This document shows positions 31,014-41,498 of a stretch of 58,322 nucleotides of DNA, piece after piece (within the stretch, counting starts at the first letter, position 1; every line of letters starts with the position of its first letter). The position numbers and the translations under genes are program-made. This DNA is from a virus. The notes beneath the pieces are model-generated. The model was not told where the DNA came from, searched no databases, and saw only the letters and a program-made list of their open reading frames with translations. Location: the IMG/VR virus record IMGVR_UViG_3300034069_001746; one strand, given 5' to 3'.

Positions 31014-32854
31014 TGGGTGTGATCTTGTTTGGTAAAGGTTACCAGTTCGCTGTTCCAAAACCAGGATTGCTCCCTGATTGTCTGTCACCAGATACCTATT
31101 ACACACACCCCACGCTTGATTCTTGCTATTCTCCTTACGGGTTTGCTTATCCCCTTGACGGTCAAGGTGTTCCCCTTGATGTACTACTTGATGGTAAACT
31201 TCCTTTGCTTGGTTCCAAAGTTAAACCCTTCAAACTTGATCATCAATTTTTACTGGTTGATTTTCAGCGTCGCTTGTGGAAAGTTATTGTTCTGGGTGAC
31301 GATGATGACCCAAAGAAACTGTTAACGTCGATAAGCTTGATTGATCATCAGCAACCAGGATGGTGGATTACCACACGAGCGGGTGATGCTGGCGCTGGAT
31401 CCCCTGATGTTGCTCTAACGATTGGATTTCTAGCTAGTGATCCTACACCTAGAGAGGTTGATCAGTTCTGGTTTACCTATCATGGTACCAAAAAGCTTCA
31501 ATGGATGTCCCTTACAGAAATTCACCAAACGCTGGAAGAAAGATTTTACAATATCCCGATCAGTAAAAAGGAGAAGCTTTCATGACACCTGATACTACCC
31601 TTAAAGAAAGCCTGGGGATAACCCTGGAAGATTGGAACTGGTTTGAAAACGAACTAGAACAAGCCCGCAATGCTCAAATCAATGATCTATGTGTTGATTA
31701 CGAGAAAGACTTTAACGACAGCGATCAACGTCTAGAAAAGATATGGGCAGCACTTAACGCTTTTCTGAAGCCTCTTCTAGAGATAGCCTCTTATCCTGAT
31801 GCACCAAGCCCCAACACCGAACTCTCCCAAAGCCATCTTCCCTTTACCGATAAAGGCACCCAAGCCCTCCTAGGCAACGATGATGCTGTGTTGATGAGCA
31901 ACCAAGATCGTCAACGCTTGTTTCGCTCTGGCATCCGGAGTGCTCAAAACAGGATGCTGAAAGGCTTGCCGTTAAAGCTTCCTGAAGATATCGTGGGAAC
32001 AACAAAGGTAGTGCTAGCAAAGCTCCATGAACGCAATCGTAATTGGCAGGATTATTGTGATCGGGTAATCGCTGATATCAAACAGCAAAACATTGAGTTT
32101 ACCCAAGAGCATGAAGAAGCGATGCGAGCCACGCTCGACCGCGATGCTGCTGATCTTCTAGCCGTGGCGTTGTTCAACACGCATAGCTTTCATCCAGATG
32201 TAGAAAGCTATCCGCTTAAAGCGGCTATTTGGAAACGTAAAACACAAGACGCTTATGAATGGGTTCTAGAGATCGCAGGCGTAATCAACGATACCCACTT
32301 CACTAACAGGCATACCCAGTCCCTTAAAATCGCCCCACAAGACGTTGCAGGTCTCCCCGAGCTCTATTCCCACAAGATCATCCCCCATGATGCTTCGTTT
32401 GAAATCAGAGGAGGTAGTAAAGGGTTTAGTGTCATCATAGAGCTAGACGATCTACCAGATCAGGCAGGCACAAGAAGAAAAGAAGCTGATGCTCTTGCTT
32501 ACCAGCTTAGTGAAATGAGAAAGGATAAACCCGATGGGCTTAGCTGAAAAAGACGTCGATCCTCTAGCACCCCAAGAAAATTATATCCATCCTCTTCCCA
32601 CACCTATTGGTGTGATTACCCAGATGGATGTAGCTGAGGCTAATAAGTGGTTTGGTGAACTAGGTCGAAAAGATAGTCAATTCACCCCTCTCCACTTAGC
32701 CATTGTTTTAGCTAATCACCGTGCAACTGAAAGAACACAAGACCCTATCACCGATATAAATCGACTCCAAGAAGAATTCAGATTACGCCGTGGGAGTCCT
32801 GACTATCACCGAGGCTATGAAGAAGCCTTTGGAGCTGTGCTAGCTTTGCTATAA
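31013..32854 (+). CDS. Three hypothetical genes (31013-31585, 31582-32547, 32534-32854)
   Basis: Translationally coupled ORFs ending at the hairpin 32863-32893. Confidence 0.6.
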
Positions 32855-32896
32855 AGATCATGGGTAAGAGGAGGCTTTGTGCCTCCTCTTACCACC

Positions 32897-33232
32897 TCAT
32901 TTATTTTTTGCTAAAAAGTCTTTAAAGAAGCGACCCTTGCGCTTTACCACGATAGCCGAGCGATCATGAACTTCACAAGCCTTAATGATGTTCAGCACAT
33001 CATCATTACGCTGATTAGCCTTATCTAACTGTGCTGTCTGATTATCGCCAAAGTGAAACCAATTCCCATCACCATCCACCACGGGTAACGCCGTTCCTGC
33101 GACCGGCTGGGTTAATCGAGCAGGGACCACTGTAAAACAAGGCTTTGTGTGCACCACTTCTAACTGGGTTACACAGCCTCCTAAACTCAGTAAACACAGG
33201 CATGTTAAACTAACTAGAGCTATTTTTTGCAT
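32897..33232 (-). CDS. Rz1-like outer-membrane spanin (lipoprotein)
   Basis: Lipobox LGGC, Pro-rich linker, then QTAQLDKAN..R...CE helix. Confidence 0.65.
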   Translation of the reverse strand: MQKIALVSLTCLCLLSLGGCVTQLEVVHTKPCFTVVPARLTQPVAGTALPVVDGDGNWFHFGDNQTAQLDKANQRNDDVLNIIKACEVHDRSAIVVKRKGRFFKDFLAKNK

Positions 33233-33573
33233 AAAGCATTTCCTCGATAAACATCATGGTGACACAACATGGACATCCAACCAGGATGATCTTTTCTCTT
33301 TCCCTTAGCTCGTTCTATCACCATAGGCTTTTTGACCACTTGCTTAGGTACATCACCTACCATAGGTAAAGGAGATACCAGATCATGTTTAATGATGATC
33401 TCTTCCATGGAGGAACGAGGAGCTACCTCCACATAAGAAGGGGGAGACCAGAATTGATTAATAGCTGGTATTAATACATCACTGTAATACCACAGAGTAA
33501 AACCAATCAAGGTTAAAAAGAGCACCATTCCACTGGTCACCCTCACCACTGTATTACTTAAAACCTTTCTCAT
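33220..33573 (-). CDS. Single-TM protein; candidate Rz-like inner spanin
   Basis: N-terminal TM segment; overlaps the start of the lipoprotein gene. Confidence 0.4.
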   Translation of the reverse strand: MRKVLSNTVVRVTSGMVLFLTLIGFTLWYYSDVLIPAINQFWSPPSYVEVAPRSSMEEIIIKHDLVSPLPMVGDVPKQVVKKPMVIERAKGKRKDHPGWMSMLCHHDVYRGNALCKK

Positions 33574-34039
33574 GACTCATCTCTTGTTTTTTCTTCAAAA
33601 AGAGGATTGTTCATAATAAAGACTTTATCTTCAAAATTGACAAATCTCTTTATGGATATTAAAATAAGAATAGTCTCTCACCACCAGTCCTATAACAGGA
33701 CCAGTGATGTTTTTAAATTTTTGTAAAAGAATCAAACAAGGGTAAAAACCCTTTCCCCGCACCCCTTTCCCATGTTTATCTCTTCTAATGAGATAGTCTT
33801 TGATAAGACTATCTATCTCTTTATATCTCTTTATATTTTCTCCTCCCACCCTTTGCCTATTAAATCATCCCTATAGGGGATTCCTATAGAGGAGTGAGTT
33901 AATCATTAAATAAGAGAAGACAAAAGCATCACTTTATATCAATAACTAAACAAGTAGATTCTATTTGTTTTTACTCAAACATATCTTCTCATACATTATG
34001 GGAAACTACTTAAAAACCTTAAAGGATGTTGCGTGATCT

Positions 34040-34564
34040 ATGATACACTTACCTGACTTTAACACCTTAGTTAATCAGATTACCCAGTGGGGAAAAGACA
34101 GAAACATTATTGGTGAAGGAAAAGCTAAAGACCAGTATCTCAAACTGATGGAAGAATTTGGAGAGATACTGGAAGCTAAAGTTAATAGTGATATTAAAGA
34201 TGCCATCGGTGATAGCATGGTGGTCTTGATCATGCTGGCAGGTATTGAAGGTTTGACGATCGCTAAACAGCATGTGTCGCTGGAAAAGGGATGGTCTGTT
34301 TTAACAAAGAATAGTTTTATCGCCCTGAGTAAACTTGCTCAAGCCATTGCTAAAGATGATAAGCCTGTTTTACAGGACTTACTCGATGATCTGGTTGCTA
34401 TTTTGACAATGTGGGCAACAGGTCACCTAATGGACATTGAAGAATGTATGGATACAGCCTACCAGGTTATCAAACATCGTAAAGGCGTGTTGTTCGACGG
34501 GGTGTTTGTTAAAAGTGATGATCCTACCTATGTAGAGGTACTTGCTAAACTGCGCAATAAATAA
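34040..34564 (+). CDS. MazG-like nucleotide pyrophosphohydrolase
   Basis: WGKDRNI, KLMEEFGE, DAIGD, AYQVIKHRKG...GVFVK. Confidence 0.85.
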   Translation: MIHLPDFNTLVNQITQWGKDRNIIGEGKAKDQYLKLMEEFGEILEAKVNSDIKDAIGDSMVVLIMLAGIEGLTIAKQHVSLEKGWSVLTKNSFIALSKLAQAIAKDDKPVLQDLLDDLVAILTMWATGHLMDIEECMDTAYQVIKHRKGVLFDGVFVKSDDPTYVEVLAKLRNK

Positions 34565-34610
34565 AAAGAATAGGTCAAAGGGTAAGAGAGGAGGCGTAAA
34601 GCCTCCTCTC

Positions 34611-35162
34611 TTATTCCTTGAAAGGTTTAGGACTTAGGTGTTCAGTTAAGCGATCGAATCGTTCCTCGATGCGATCCCGCATGAGATCGACCTTACTTTC
34701 CAGGCGACCGTTGTTGCTTTCCAGAATCTCAACCTTGCCTCTCAAGAGAGCGGCATTTAATTTAAGATCACCGATCTCGTTTTGGGTTGTTTTAATAGCA
34801 GAAGAGAATTGATCGTTGATAAGGGACTGGTTATTTTTGTGGTGAGCAATTTTGTCATCGAGCCGGGTAAACTCTTTATCAAGATATTCCACTGAACGAA
34901 AAGAAGCAGATACTTTTTCTAGCTGTTCTACCCGGTGTTCAGTGGGAGAGTTTCGTTCCTTGTCAGCGGCTTTACGCTTTTCAAAGACTTCTACAATTGC
35001 CTTGATCATGGATAAAATAGCATTAACACCGATCACCGCTGCAACAATCCCACCAAAGACTAGCTTGTAAGCACTCCATTCGTCATACGCAGGAGCAGTG
35101 GGAGGAGTGGTGGGAATAAGAATACTAGTCGACGTGGTATTACCGGTCATGGATTCCTCCAT
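34611..35162 (-). CDS. Single-TM coiled-coil protein, possibly lysis-related (holin/antiholin-like)
   Basis: TM LVFGGIVAAVIGVNAILSMI plus coiled coil; lies between the endolysin and spanin genes. Confidence 0.4.
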   Translation of the reverse strand: MEESMTGNTTSTSILIPTTPPTAPAYDEWSAYKLVFGGIVAAVIGVNAILSMIKAIVEVFEKRKAADKERNSPTEHRVEQLEKVSASFRSVEYLDKEFTRLDDKIAHHKNNQSLINDQFSSAIKTTQNEIGDLKLNAALLRGKVEILESNNGRLESKVDLMRDRIEERFDRLTEHLSPKPFKE

Positions 35163-35437
35163 GATTAACAGCCATCGTCATGGTTGTGTCTTCTTGTGGT
35201 TAAATAGACCTAGTGATCCTGTCAGCTAAGTCTGTGGTTACCATTTGGGGCAATCACCCCAAAAGAACAATGTCTTTTAACGTGATTGCAAATTCCCTAG
35301 CACCTATCTTACCTGAGACATCTTGTGTCATCGAAGTGATATTAGCACTATATTGGGAGAGTGTTGTTTTAGCTCTTACATATAGAGAGCCATAACATAA
35401 CAATATATTTTTTGTCTTATCACCTTCTATAGTTATA

Positions 35438-36067
35438 TCAGCAGTTGGTTAAGTGACCCTGATGTAAAAAGCCATGATACGACCCACAGACAATCGAACC
35501 TGCTCCAGCAGCACAGGTGTAACCATTCTTGTCAACATGTAATGTACCGTCCTCGGGACGTCCGTGTCGCACCCAGCAACAATGAACATCATCTTGAGGT
35601 ATGGTGCAATTCAATGCTCGTGAATCAATGACCCATTCGCCCCCTGGAGTTTTAACCACTAAACAACGACCATCACTCCCTGCTTTAAAGCTGCCTACTT
35701 TACGATCAACAAACCAAGAGGCGTTCCAACAAGCACCTACTGGTGCTGTTTGGATAGACATAGTCTCACCTGTATCAAGTCGTCGGTATTCAGCCGGTGC
35801 AAATAACTGCCAGGTGTCATGTTCCTGAAAAGCATAACCACACCCACAATGACTAGGCCAGCGCGAATCGTTGTGGGAATAGCTGTCACCAGATGTGACA
35901 TTCTTGGGACCTTGTCCAATGGCTGTTTTAGCATCATGAAGACTATACTTACCCGGTCGTAAAGGACAATTACCCTCACTATATCGACGCAGATAAAGAA
36001 GGCTAAACCCAGTAGGTTCAATAAAAAACACTTTAATCACAAAGCAATCCTTTTTACACAACACCAT
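35438..36067 (-). CDS. Cys/His-rich putative metal-binding protein
   Basis: CGCG; C-terminal HCCWVRHG...TCAAGAGSI...YHGFL. Confidence 0.6.
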   Translation of the reverse strand: MVLCKKDCFVIKVFFIEPTGFSLLYLRRYSEGNCPLRPGKYSLHDAKTAIGQGPKNVTSGDSYSHNDSRWPSHCGCGYAFQEHDTWQLFAPAEYRRLDTGETMSIQTAPVGACWNASWFVDRKVGSFKAGSDGRCLVVKTPGGEWVIDSRALNCTIPQDDVHCCWVRHGRPEDGTLHVDKNGYTCAAGAGSIVCGSYHGFLHQGHLTNC

Positions 36068-36116
36068 AATAGATAAGAGAGGAGGGCTAACACCCTCCTC
36101 TCTTATTTGTTACAAA

Positions 36117-36518
36117 CTAAACAGCTTTGGCGACAGCGTCAATCGCCTGGCTAGCAACGTTCTTAAAGTCACTGACTTCATCAGCAAAGAACTGTGTCAC
36201 GCCGGCAACAATAGCATCCTTGATACCACTAAAATTAGCAATCGCCTCAGGCAGAACAGCAACCACGTCGAGACCAACCTTAACGGCCTTCTCACCACCA
36301 CTGAGTGAGGAATCCTTCATGTCTTTGATACCCTGCTCAATGGTCTGAGCGATATGAGGGTATTTGTTCATGAGGACCTGCAAGAAGGTCGCCGTGTTAC
36401 TCTTAAGCGAGGTCACCTCAGCATGGCCAGCGGCGGCCAGACCAGCCTTAGCAGCTTCCCACTGATCATTGTTGAATACCTTAACGTGAATACCAAGCAT
36501 AACCATTCCTTTAGTCAA
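36117..36518 (-). CDS. Hypothetical helical protein
   Basis: 133 aa, downstream of the endolysin. Confidence 0.6.
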   Translation of the reverse strand: MTKGMVMLGIHVKVFNNDQWEAAKAGLAAAGHAEVTSLKSNTATFLQVLMNKYPHIAQTIEQGIKDMKDSSLSGGEKAVKVGLDVVAVLPEAIANFSGIKDAIVAGVTQFFADEVSDFKNVASQAIDAVAKAV

Positions 36519-36593
36519 AGCTCTAGGCTAGAGCCACATCATTGTATTGAAATATTACCAGTATTTAAATCACCAGCAATCATTTATTGTAGG

Positions 36594-37181
36594 TCACATT
36601 TTATAAGTGCCTAGGCAGATCTTGCTTTCTTCGAGTCTTCTGGTAACCAGACCACGTAACTCACATTTATACATACCAGGTTTACCTGGATGAGGAACAC
36701 ACTTCAAACCACGCTGTGGCTTTGAGTATGTGGCCCCAGTGTAGTAACCAATGTAACTCAAACAAGCTTTGTTTTTCTGACCTGCTTTAGAGTAAGCAGA
36801 CATCGGAGAACTAGCCCAAGCACCTCCACCTGTATTGAAAGCAAAATCAATAGCTGCTTCTAATCCATGGGGATTATCTACTAATTCTGGGTTGGGTCTA
36901 ATAACGTCATTACCGTGTGCTATCTGATCTTGGATCAATAGCTCTTCACATTCTTTATCGCTTGCTACTTGGCCCATATGAACACCTTTGGTGTGTCCTG
37001 TACAGATAGTAGGAATTTTAGCAGGGTCAAGATAGGCAACACGCTGCGTTGATTCTTTGGTGCGGGTAAACGGAGACACCGCCATGGCAGCTGCTAGAAT
37101 AGCAGCAGCAGCTTTTACTTTAATAGGAATAGGCTTGGAATTAGATCTAGATGTATTAGGGGGTGGTTGTTTGTCAACCAT
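36594..37181 (-). CDS. GH24 lysozyme, SAR-type endolysin
   Basis: Ala-rich SAR segment (AAAAILAAAMAV), E-x8-D-x5-T triad (KES...YLD...PTICTGHT), DFAFNTG, GLVTRRLEE. Confidence 0.88.
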   Translation of the reverse strand: MVDKQPPPNTSRSNSKPIPIKVKAAAAILAAAMAVSPFTRTKESTQRVAYLDPAKIPTICTGHTKGVHMGQVASDKECEELLIQDQIAHGNDVIRPNPELVDNPHGLEAAIDFAFNTGGGAWASSPMSAYSKAGQKNKACLSYIGYYTGATYSKPQRGLKCVPHPGKPGMYKCELRGLVTRRLEESKICLGTYKM

Positions 37182-37301
37182 AACAATCTCTTTTCTTATC
37201 AGTACGGATTAAATTTATCCATACCATCGGTAAAGGAGGGGTGTTACCTCCTCCTTTCCTTTCACGTTAAACGGGCTGACGATGTTGGTAGAACGGTATA
37301 A

Positions 37302-38621
37302 CTACTGACCAAATTGAGAATTCAAGAAAAAGGAAGACTGCGCTGTGCTACCATTAGTATACTTACACTGAAAGTAGCGAGCAATAATACGGGACGATGT
37401 CATCACTGGTGTTGCTGCTGCAACACTGGTGGTGGACAAGGGAAAATAAGTACTACCGTCATTGCTAGCTTGTACCACCAAAGTCCCTGCAACATTAGAA
37501 TAAGCGTAACAGGTAAAATAATTGTAAGGATTAGCACTGGCTAAAGCACCTGCATCACGTGCTGTACCGGTGAATGCCGCGCTTGCCGCTAGTGATGCTG
37601 ATGATTCACTGAACGCAATTGTACGAAGCAGGTTACCCATAACGGCGGTACCAGCAAGATTGGTGACGTTTAGGTTTGGTGCCGTACCGATGTTTGCGGT
37701 CACCGTCCCACTAACAGGCTGAGTCACACCAGACCCATCAACACGTAGTGCACCAGCTGTGGTTAAGCTAAGTGAAGCAGTGTTGCCATTGGTGTAGCTC
37801 GGTGCAGCTGTCGTTACCGCCGCCTGATTAGTTACCAGACCAATTGAGTTTGTGCCAGCAGATAGAGCCGGAAGCGAGGTGACACCTACTGTACCGATGG
37901 CATTGCTACCAGCGCTAAGACCAACATTCCAGGTACCAGACTGGGTAGCACCAAAACTTGTGTTAGTGATACTACCAATGGCGTTTGTACCGGCGGCTAA
38001 AGCTGGTAATGATCCGATGTTAACAGTGCCACTAACGGGTTGAGTTGTAGCACTACCATCAATCCGCAGGGCTCCTGCGGTGGTAAGGCTCAACAAATTG
38101 TTGTTACCATTTGTGTAAGACGGGGCAGCTGTTGTTACTGCTCCTTGAATGTTGGTGGTTAACGTAGGAACTGTTCCTACGTTAAACGTGGGGGTACTAG
38201 CAAATGCTGGAAGTGTACCAGAAATACCAAAAGCTGTGTTGGTGATGGAACCAATAGCGTTGCTACCGCTAGGAAGAGCAGGAAGTGCTGTGACGCTTAC
38301 GCTACCGATAGCGTTAGATCCAGCAGGTAATGCTGGTAATGTAACAACGTTAACACCACCAATGGTGTTGTTTCCTGCAGGAAGAGCAGGAAGAGAGTAG
38401 ATCGAGCTGATCAATCGTCCAGCTGTATCCGTTTGAAGAGTTTGACTATTGGTGCCATCACTACCCATTACCTGAGTACCAGTAGGAGGAGCTGGCTGAC
38501 CAACAGTAGCTGGTTGGGTTTGTCCGCAAGGAACACCGTTTTGATAACATTGCGAAAAACCCTCTTGCGGCACTAAAGCAACACTTGCCGCAAGAACAAC
38601 TGCCGAATAAAGATATTTCAT
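37302..38621 (-). CDS. Signal-peptide protein with LPALPAGxNxIG repeats and a C-terminal beta domain
   Basis: Sec-like leader MKYLYSAVVLAASVALVP; about six short repeats and two ~42-aa repeats. Confidence 0.75.
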   Translation of the reverse strand: MKYLYSAVVLAASVALVPQEGFSQCYQNGVPCGQTQPATVGQPAPPTGTQVMGSDGTNSQTLQTDTAGRLISSIYSLPALPAGNNTIGGVNVVTLPALPAGSNAIGSVSVTALPALPSGSNAIGSITNTAFGISGTLPAFASTPTFNVGTVPTLTTNIQGAVTTAAPSYTNGNNNLLSLTTAGALRIDGSATTQPVSGTVNIGSLPALAAGTNAIGSITNTSFGATQSGTWNVGLSAGSNAIGTVGVTSLPALSAGTNSIGLVTNQAAVTTAAPSYTNGNTASLSLTTAGALRVDGSGVTQPVSGTVTANIGTAPNLNVTNLAGTAVMGNLLRTIAFSESSASLAASAAFTGTARDAGALASANPYNYFTCYAYSNVAGTLVVQASNDGSTYFPLSTTSVAAATPVMTSSRIIARYFQCKYTNGSTAQSSFFLNSQFGQ

Positions 38622-38645
38622 GACGCAATCAATCCTTGTGTGAAG

Positions 38646-39341
38646 TTACATACCAAAAGAAGAGTTCATGACCAACATGGTTTGGTCAACCGAACCATTA
38701 ATAATTTGACATCGCCAATATTTTGCAAACATTCCTTGGCTAATGTAAGTGCTAGTAACAGACGCGTTCAGTGAACGGGTTTGTACTGTGAACCAACCAT
38801 TGTTATCATTGGACGCTTGCATGATAACAGTGCCGGGTTGATCAGAAGTAACAAAACAAGCAAAGACATTCCATTTACTAGGAACACCTGTGGTACTACC
38901 TCCATTATCACGACCAGCCCCAGTAAATTTCCCATTTCCCCCCAAAGGAGAGGTGGTTTCATTCCAGAATAACCGACGATCTGCGGCGCTCGGGCTATTA
39001 CCTTCACTACTACCCCCAGCGCAATTGGCGCATGATACTGGTAGAGGATTGGTTGAACTAACCGTGCTACCGTTAATAACCGGAATGGTGTTGATAGGAT
39101 CACTGGGACTTGCTTTAATAAGGGAAGACCAATCCAAAGCATCTCCTGTAATCTTATCAACTGGTACCACACCTGTACAAGGAACATAGGTTTTGCTGTC
39201 GGGATATTGTAAACATTTAGGAAGTCTGATGGTTGCCTGGTTAGCTGGGATAGACACTTCTTGCGAAAGACCGGCCACAGCAGGCGAAGTGAATAAAAGG
39301 ATAGAAACAGCCGCCACGAATACTCGCACTGACCTCATCAT
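38646..39341 (-). CDS. Signal-peptide protein, paralog of 37302 (C-domain) and 45655 (N-domain)
   Basis: AAGGAGG RBS then MMRSVRVFVAAVSILLFTSPAVA; shares domains with both paralogs. Confidence 0.75.
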   Translation of the reverse strand: MMRSVRVFVAAVSILLFTSPAVAGLSQEVSIPANQATIRLPKCLQYPDSKTYVPCTGVVPVDKITGDALDWSSLIKASPSDPINTIPVINGSTVSSTNPLPVSCANCAGGSSEGNSPSAADRRLFWNETTSPLGGNGKFTGAGRDNGGSTTGVPSKWNVFACFVTSDQPGTVIMQASNDNNGWFTVQTRSLNASVTSTYISQGMFAKYWRCQIINGSVDQTMLVMNSSFGM

Positions 39342-39420
39342 TTCCTCCTTTCTGTAATAGAAAAATAGTCTATCACATGATAGTAGAAAAGAATTAAATT
39401 CATCAAAGAAAGATTCATTT

Positions 39421-39654
39421 ATGATTCCCAAAACGATGCGATTGATAGAATGGGACGGACCTCTGCCAGAGATTGGTCATTATCTACAAAGTCAAGGAGG
39501 ATCAATGTATTTGGTTATTCAGGTAACGCCTAATACCAGACCCGAGCCAAAAAATCTTGCCAAGCTTAGTTTGTTGAAGCTTAGTGCAGAAAACAAAAAT
39601 GATGTTCCAACTGATTGCCTTATCCACTCTGTACATTGGATGTCAAGACGCTGA
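39421..39654 (+). CDS. Small hypothetical protein
   Basis: 77-aa ORF upstream of the kinase. Confidence 0.5.
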   Translation: MIPKTMRLIEWDGPLPEIGHYLQSQGGSMYLVIQVTPNTRPEPKNLAKLSLLKLSAENKNDVPTDCLIHSVHWMSRR

Positions 39655-39675
39655 TTATTATAATGTTACTTTTAT

Positions 39676-41175
39676 ATGGATTCTGATCTGTTTAGTAGGC
39701 AAAGGAATATGCTTGAATATTTATACAAGTTTTTCTTAGTACCTGGTGTTTTCACCGCCGATCTTATCACTGCCACCAGCTACGTTATTATTTCTTTGTT
39801 TTTGATGCGGCTTGCTTGGCACCGTGATGACATCAAGAAAAGTAAACTGTTTTGGTTTTTCACACTAGCTTTGATGTCAAGAGCCTTTATTCATTGCTTT
39901 ATGGCGTTTAACACCGTTCGCAATCGGTTTGACATTCTGATTCCCACCAAGATTGTGTACGCCGTTTCATCAATTGGTTTGATTTACTTATTGTGGAAAG
40001 TGTTTCCTCAATTAATAAAGCTTCCCACCTTTGATCATTTAGCTACCGTTAACGCTCATCTTGAACAAACCATCGCTGAACTCACTGATGAAAAAGAACA
40101 GCACCTAAAAGTACAAGAAAAGCTGATTCAATCACAAAAGATGGAAGCAGTGGGTCAACTCACTGGTGGTATTGCTCACGATTTTAATAATTTACTTCAA
40201 GCCATTGGTGGTAATCTAGAGTTAATCAGGCGCAATCCTCTAAGTTCCAAGATTGATCGGTGGCTTGGTAACAGTATTGAATCGGTGGCGCGTGCGGCCC
40301 ATCTCACGGGTCAGTTGCTGACCTTCTCACGCGATCAAAAGCTGGACTTAAAAGAGATTTCTTTACTTACCTGTATGACCAATCTTAAAAACATGGTTAA
40401 CCGGGTAATGGGAATTGCCATCACCATTGTCATGGAAGACATTGACGATGTTATCATCTTTGTTGACCCTATTCAGCTAGAACTTGCCTTGCTTAACTTA
40501 TCGCTTAATGCAAGAGATGCCATTGTCGATAAAGGGACAATTACATTTTCAACCCAGTGCGATGATCACCATGTGGAAATCAATGTCACGGACACAGGAC
40601 ATGGTATCCCTGAGCCCATCGCGTCTAAAATCTTTGATCCTTTTTTCACCACCAAAGATATCGGTAAGGGCACTGGATTAGGGTTGAGCATGGTTCACAG
40701 CGTCATGCTTCAATTTGAAGGAGATGTTTACATTAAGCAAACATCCCCCAAAGGAACCACCTTTACTCTTAGTCTTCCTTTGGTAGCAAATCGTCCTGTT
40801 CCTGCCAAACACGATGTTGTTGTCGTCTCCGATCAAAAGCATGTGCTAGTGATTGATGATGAACGAGTGGTACGTGAAATTCTAGAAGACTTTGTTCAAG
40901 AAGCAGGGTACCGGGTAGATACGTGCGAGGATGGTGCTGAGGCATTAGTGTTTCTCAAAACAACCAAGCCTGATTTAGTTCTTTGTGACTTTGCGATGCC
41001 GATGATGACGGGTGATGAAGTGTCACGCGCTATTAAGATGATCTACCCTGATCTTCCTTTAGTGTTTGTTACAGGCTATGCAAAGAGCGACACCATGGGC
41101 GATCACCTGGTGCTAAAGAAACCCTTTGGCGCTGATAAAATCAAAGCTATCATTGAAAAGGCTTTACAACAGTGA
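39676..41175 (+). CDS. Hybrid sensor histidine kinase (3-TM ethylene-receptor-like sensor, HisKA, HATPase, REC)
   Basis: QKMEAVGQLTGGIAHDFNNLL, NARDA, DTGHGI, FFTTK, GTGLGL, REC domain VLVIDDE...CDFAMP...KPF. N-terminus aligns by eye with the ETR1 sensor helices. Confidence 0.92.
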   Translation: MDSDLFSRQRNMLEYLYKFFLVPGVFTADLITATSYVIISLFLMRLAWHRDDIKKSKLFWFFTLALMSRAFIHCFMAFNTVRNRFDILIPTKIVYAVSSIGLIYLLWKVFPQLIKLPTFDHLATVNAHLEQTIAELTDEKEQHLKVQEKLIQSQKMEAVGQLTGGIAHDFNNLLQAIGGNLELIRRNPLSSKIDRWLGNSIESVARAAHLTGQLLTFSRDQKLDLKEISLLTCMTNLKNMVNRVMGIAITIVMEDIDDVIIFVDPIQLELALLNLSLNARDAIVDKGTITFSTQCDDHHVEINVTDTGHGIPEPIASKIFDPFFTTKDIGKGTGLGLSMVHSVMLQFEGDVYIKQTSPKGTTFTLSLPLVANRPVPAKHDVVVVSDQKHVLVIDDERVVREILEDFVQEAGYRVDTCEDGAEALVFLKTTKPDLVLCDFAMPMMTGDEVSRAIKMIYPDLPLVFVTGYAKSDTMGDHLVLKKPFGADKIKAIIEKALQQ

Positions 41176-41498
41176 AAAAGGCTAAGGTAACCCTAGCAAC
41201 TCGTCTTACCTGTTTACCCGATCAAACAGGTGATCATCCCGTTATCTTAGTGTACACCGATTTACCGGCTGGAGGCAATAACGCTTTTTACATTGATACC
41301 AAAGATCTAAAAGGACAGGTGATTCACCTATCATGGGATCATCCTCCTGGTGATACACCAGATCCAACCGAGCTTAATAGTGGTGACACGATTGAGTTTG
41401 ATTGTCAAGATGGTATTTTCCATAAAGCAGTTTTGTGGAATAAACGTAAGATTCGTCAGATTGGTTATTCATTTGACGACTATGCTTCTACCAAATAA
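41172..41498 (+). CDS. Hypothetical protein coupled to the kinase
   Basis: GTGA overlap with the kinase stop codon; followed by hairpin 41511-41540. Confidence 0.6.
   Translation: MKKAKVTLATRLTCLPDQTGDHPVILVYTDLPAGGNNAFYIDTKDLKGQVIHLSWDHPPGDTPDPTELNSGDTIEFDCQDGIFHKAVLWNKRKIRQIGYSFDDYASTK

Noticed and set aside
33631-33849. 72-aa minus-strand ORF
   Set aside because: Low-complexity sequence with no RBS or recognisable motif; probably spurious.
37302-38621. CRISPR array or DNA-level repeat array
   Set aside because: The repeats are degenerate at the DNA level and conserved at the protein level, so they are coding repeats.
39676-41175. Bacterial chromosomal origin of the window, suggested by the kinase, dcd, MYG1 and NYN genes
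   Set aside because: These genes are flanked by the same hairpin family and embedded among split phage RNAP and virion genes.
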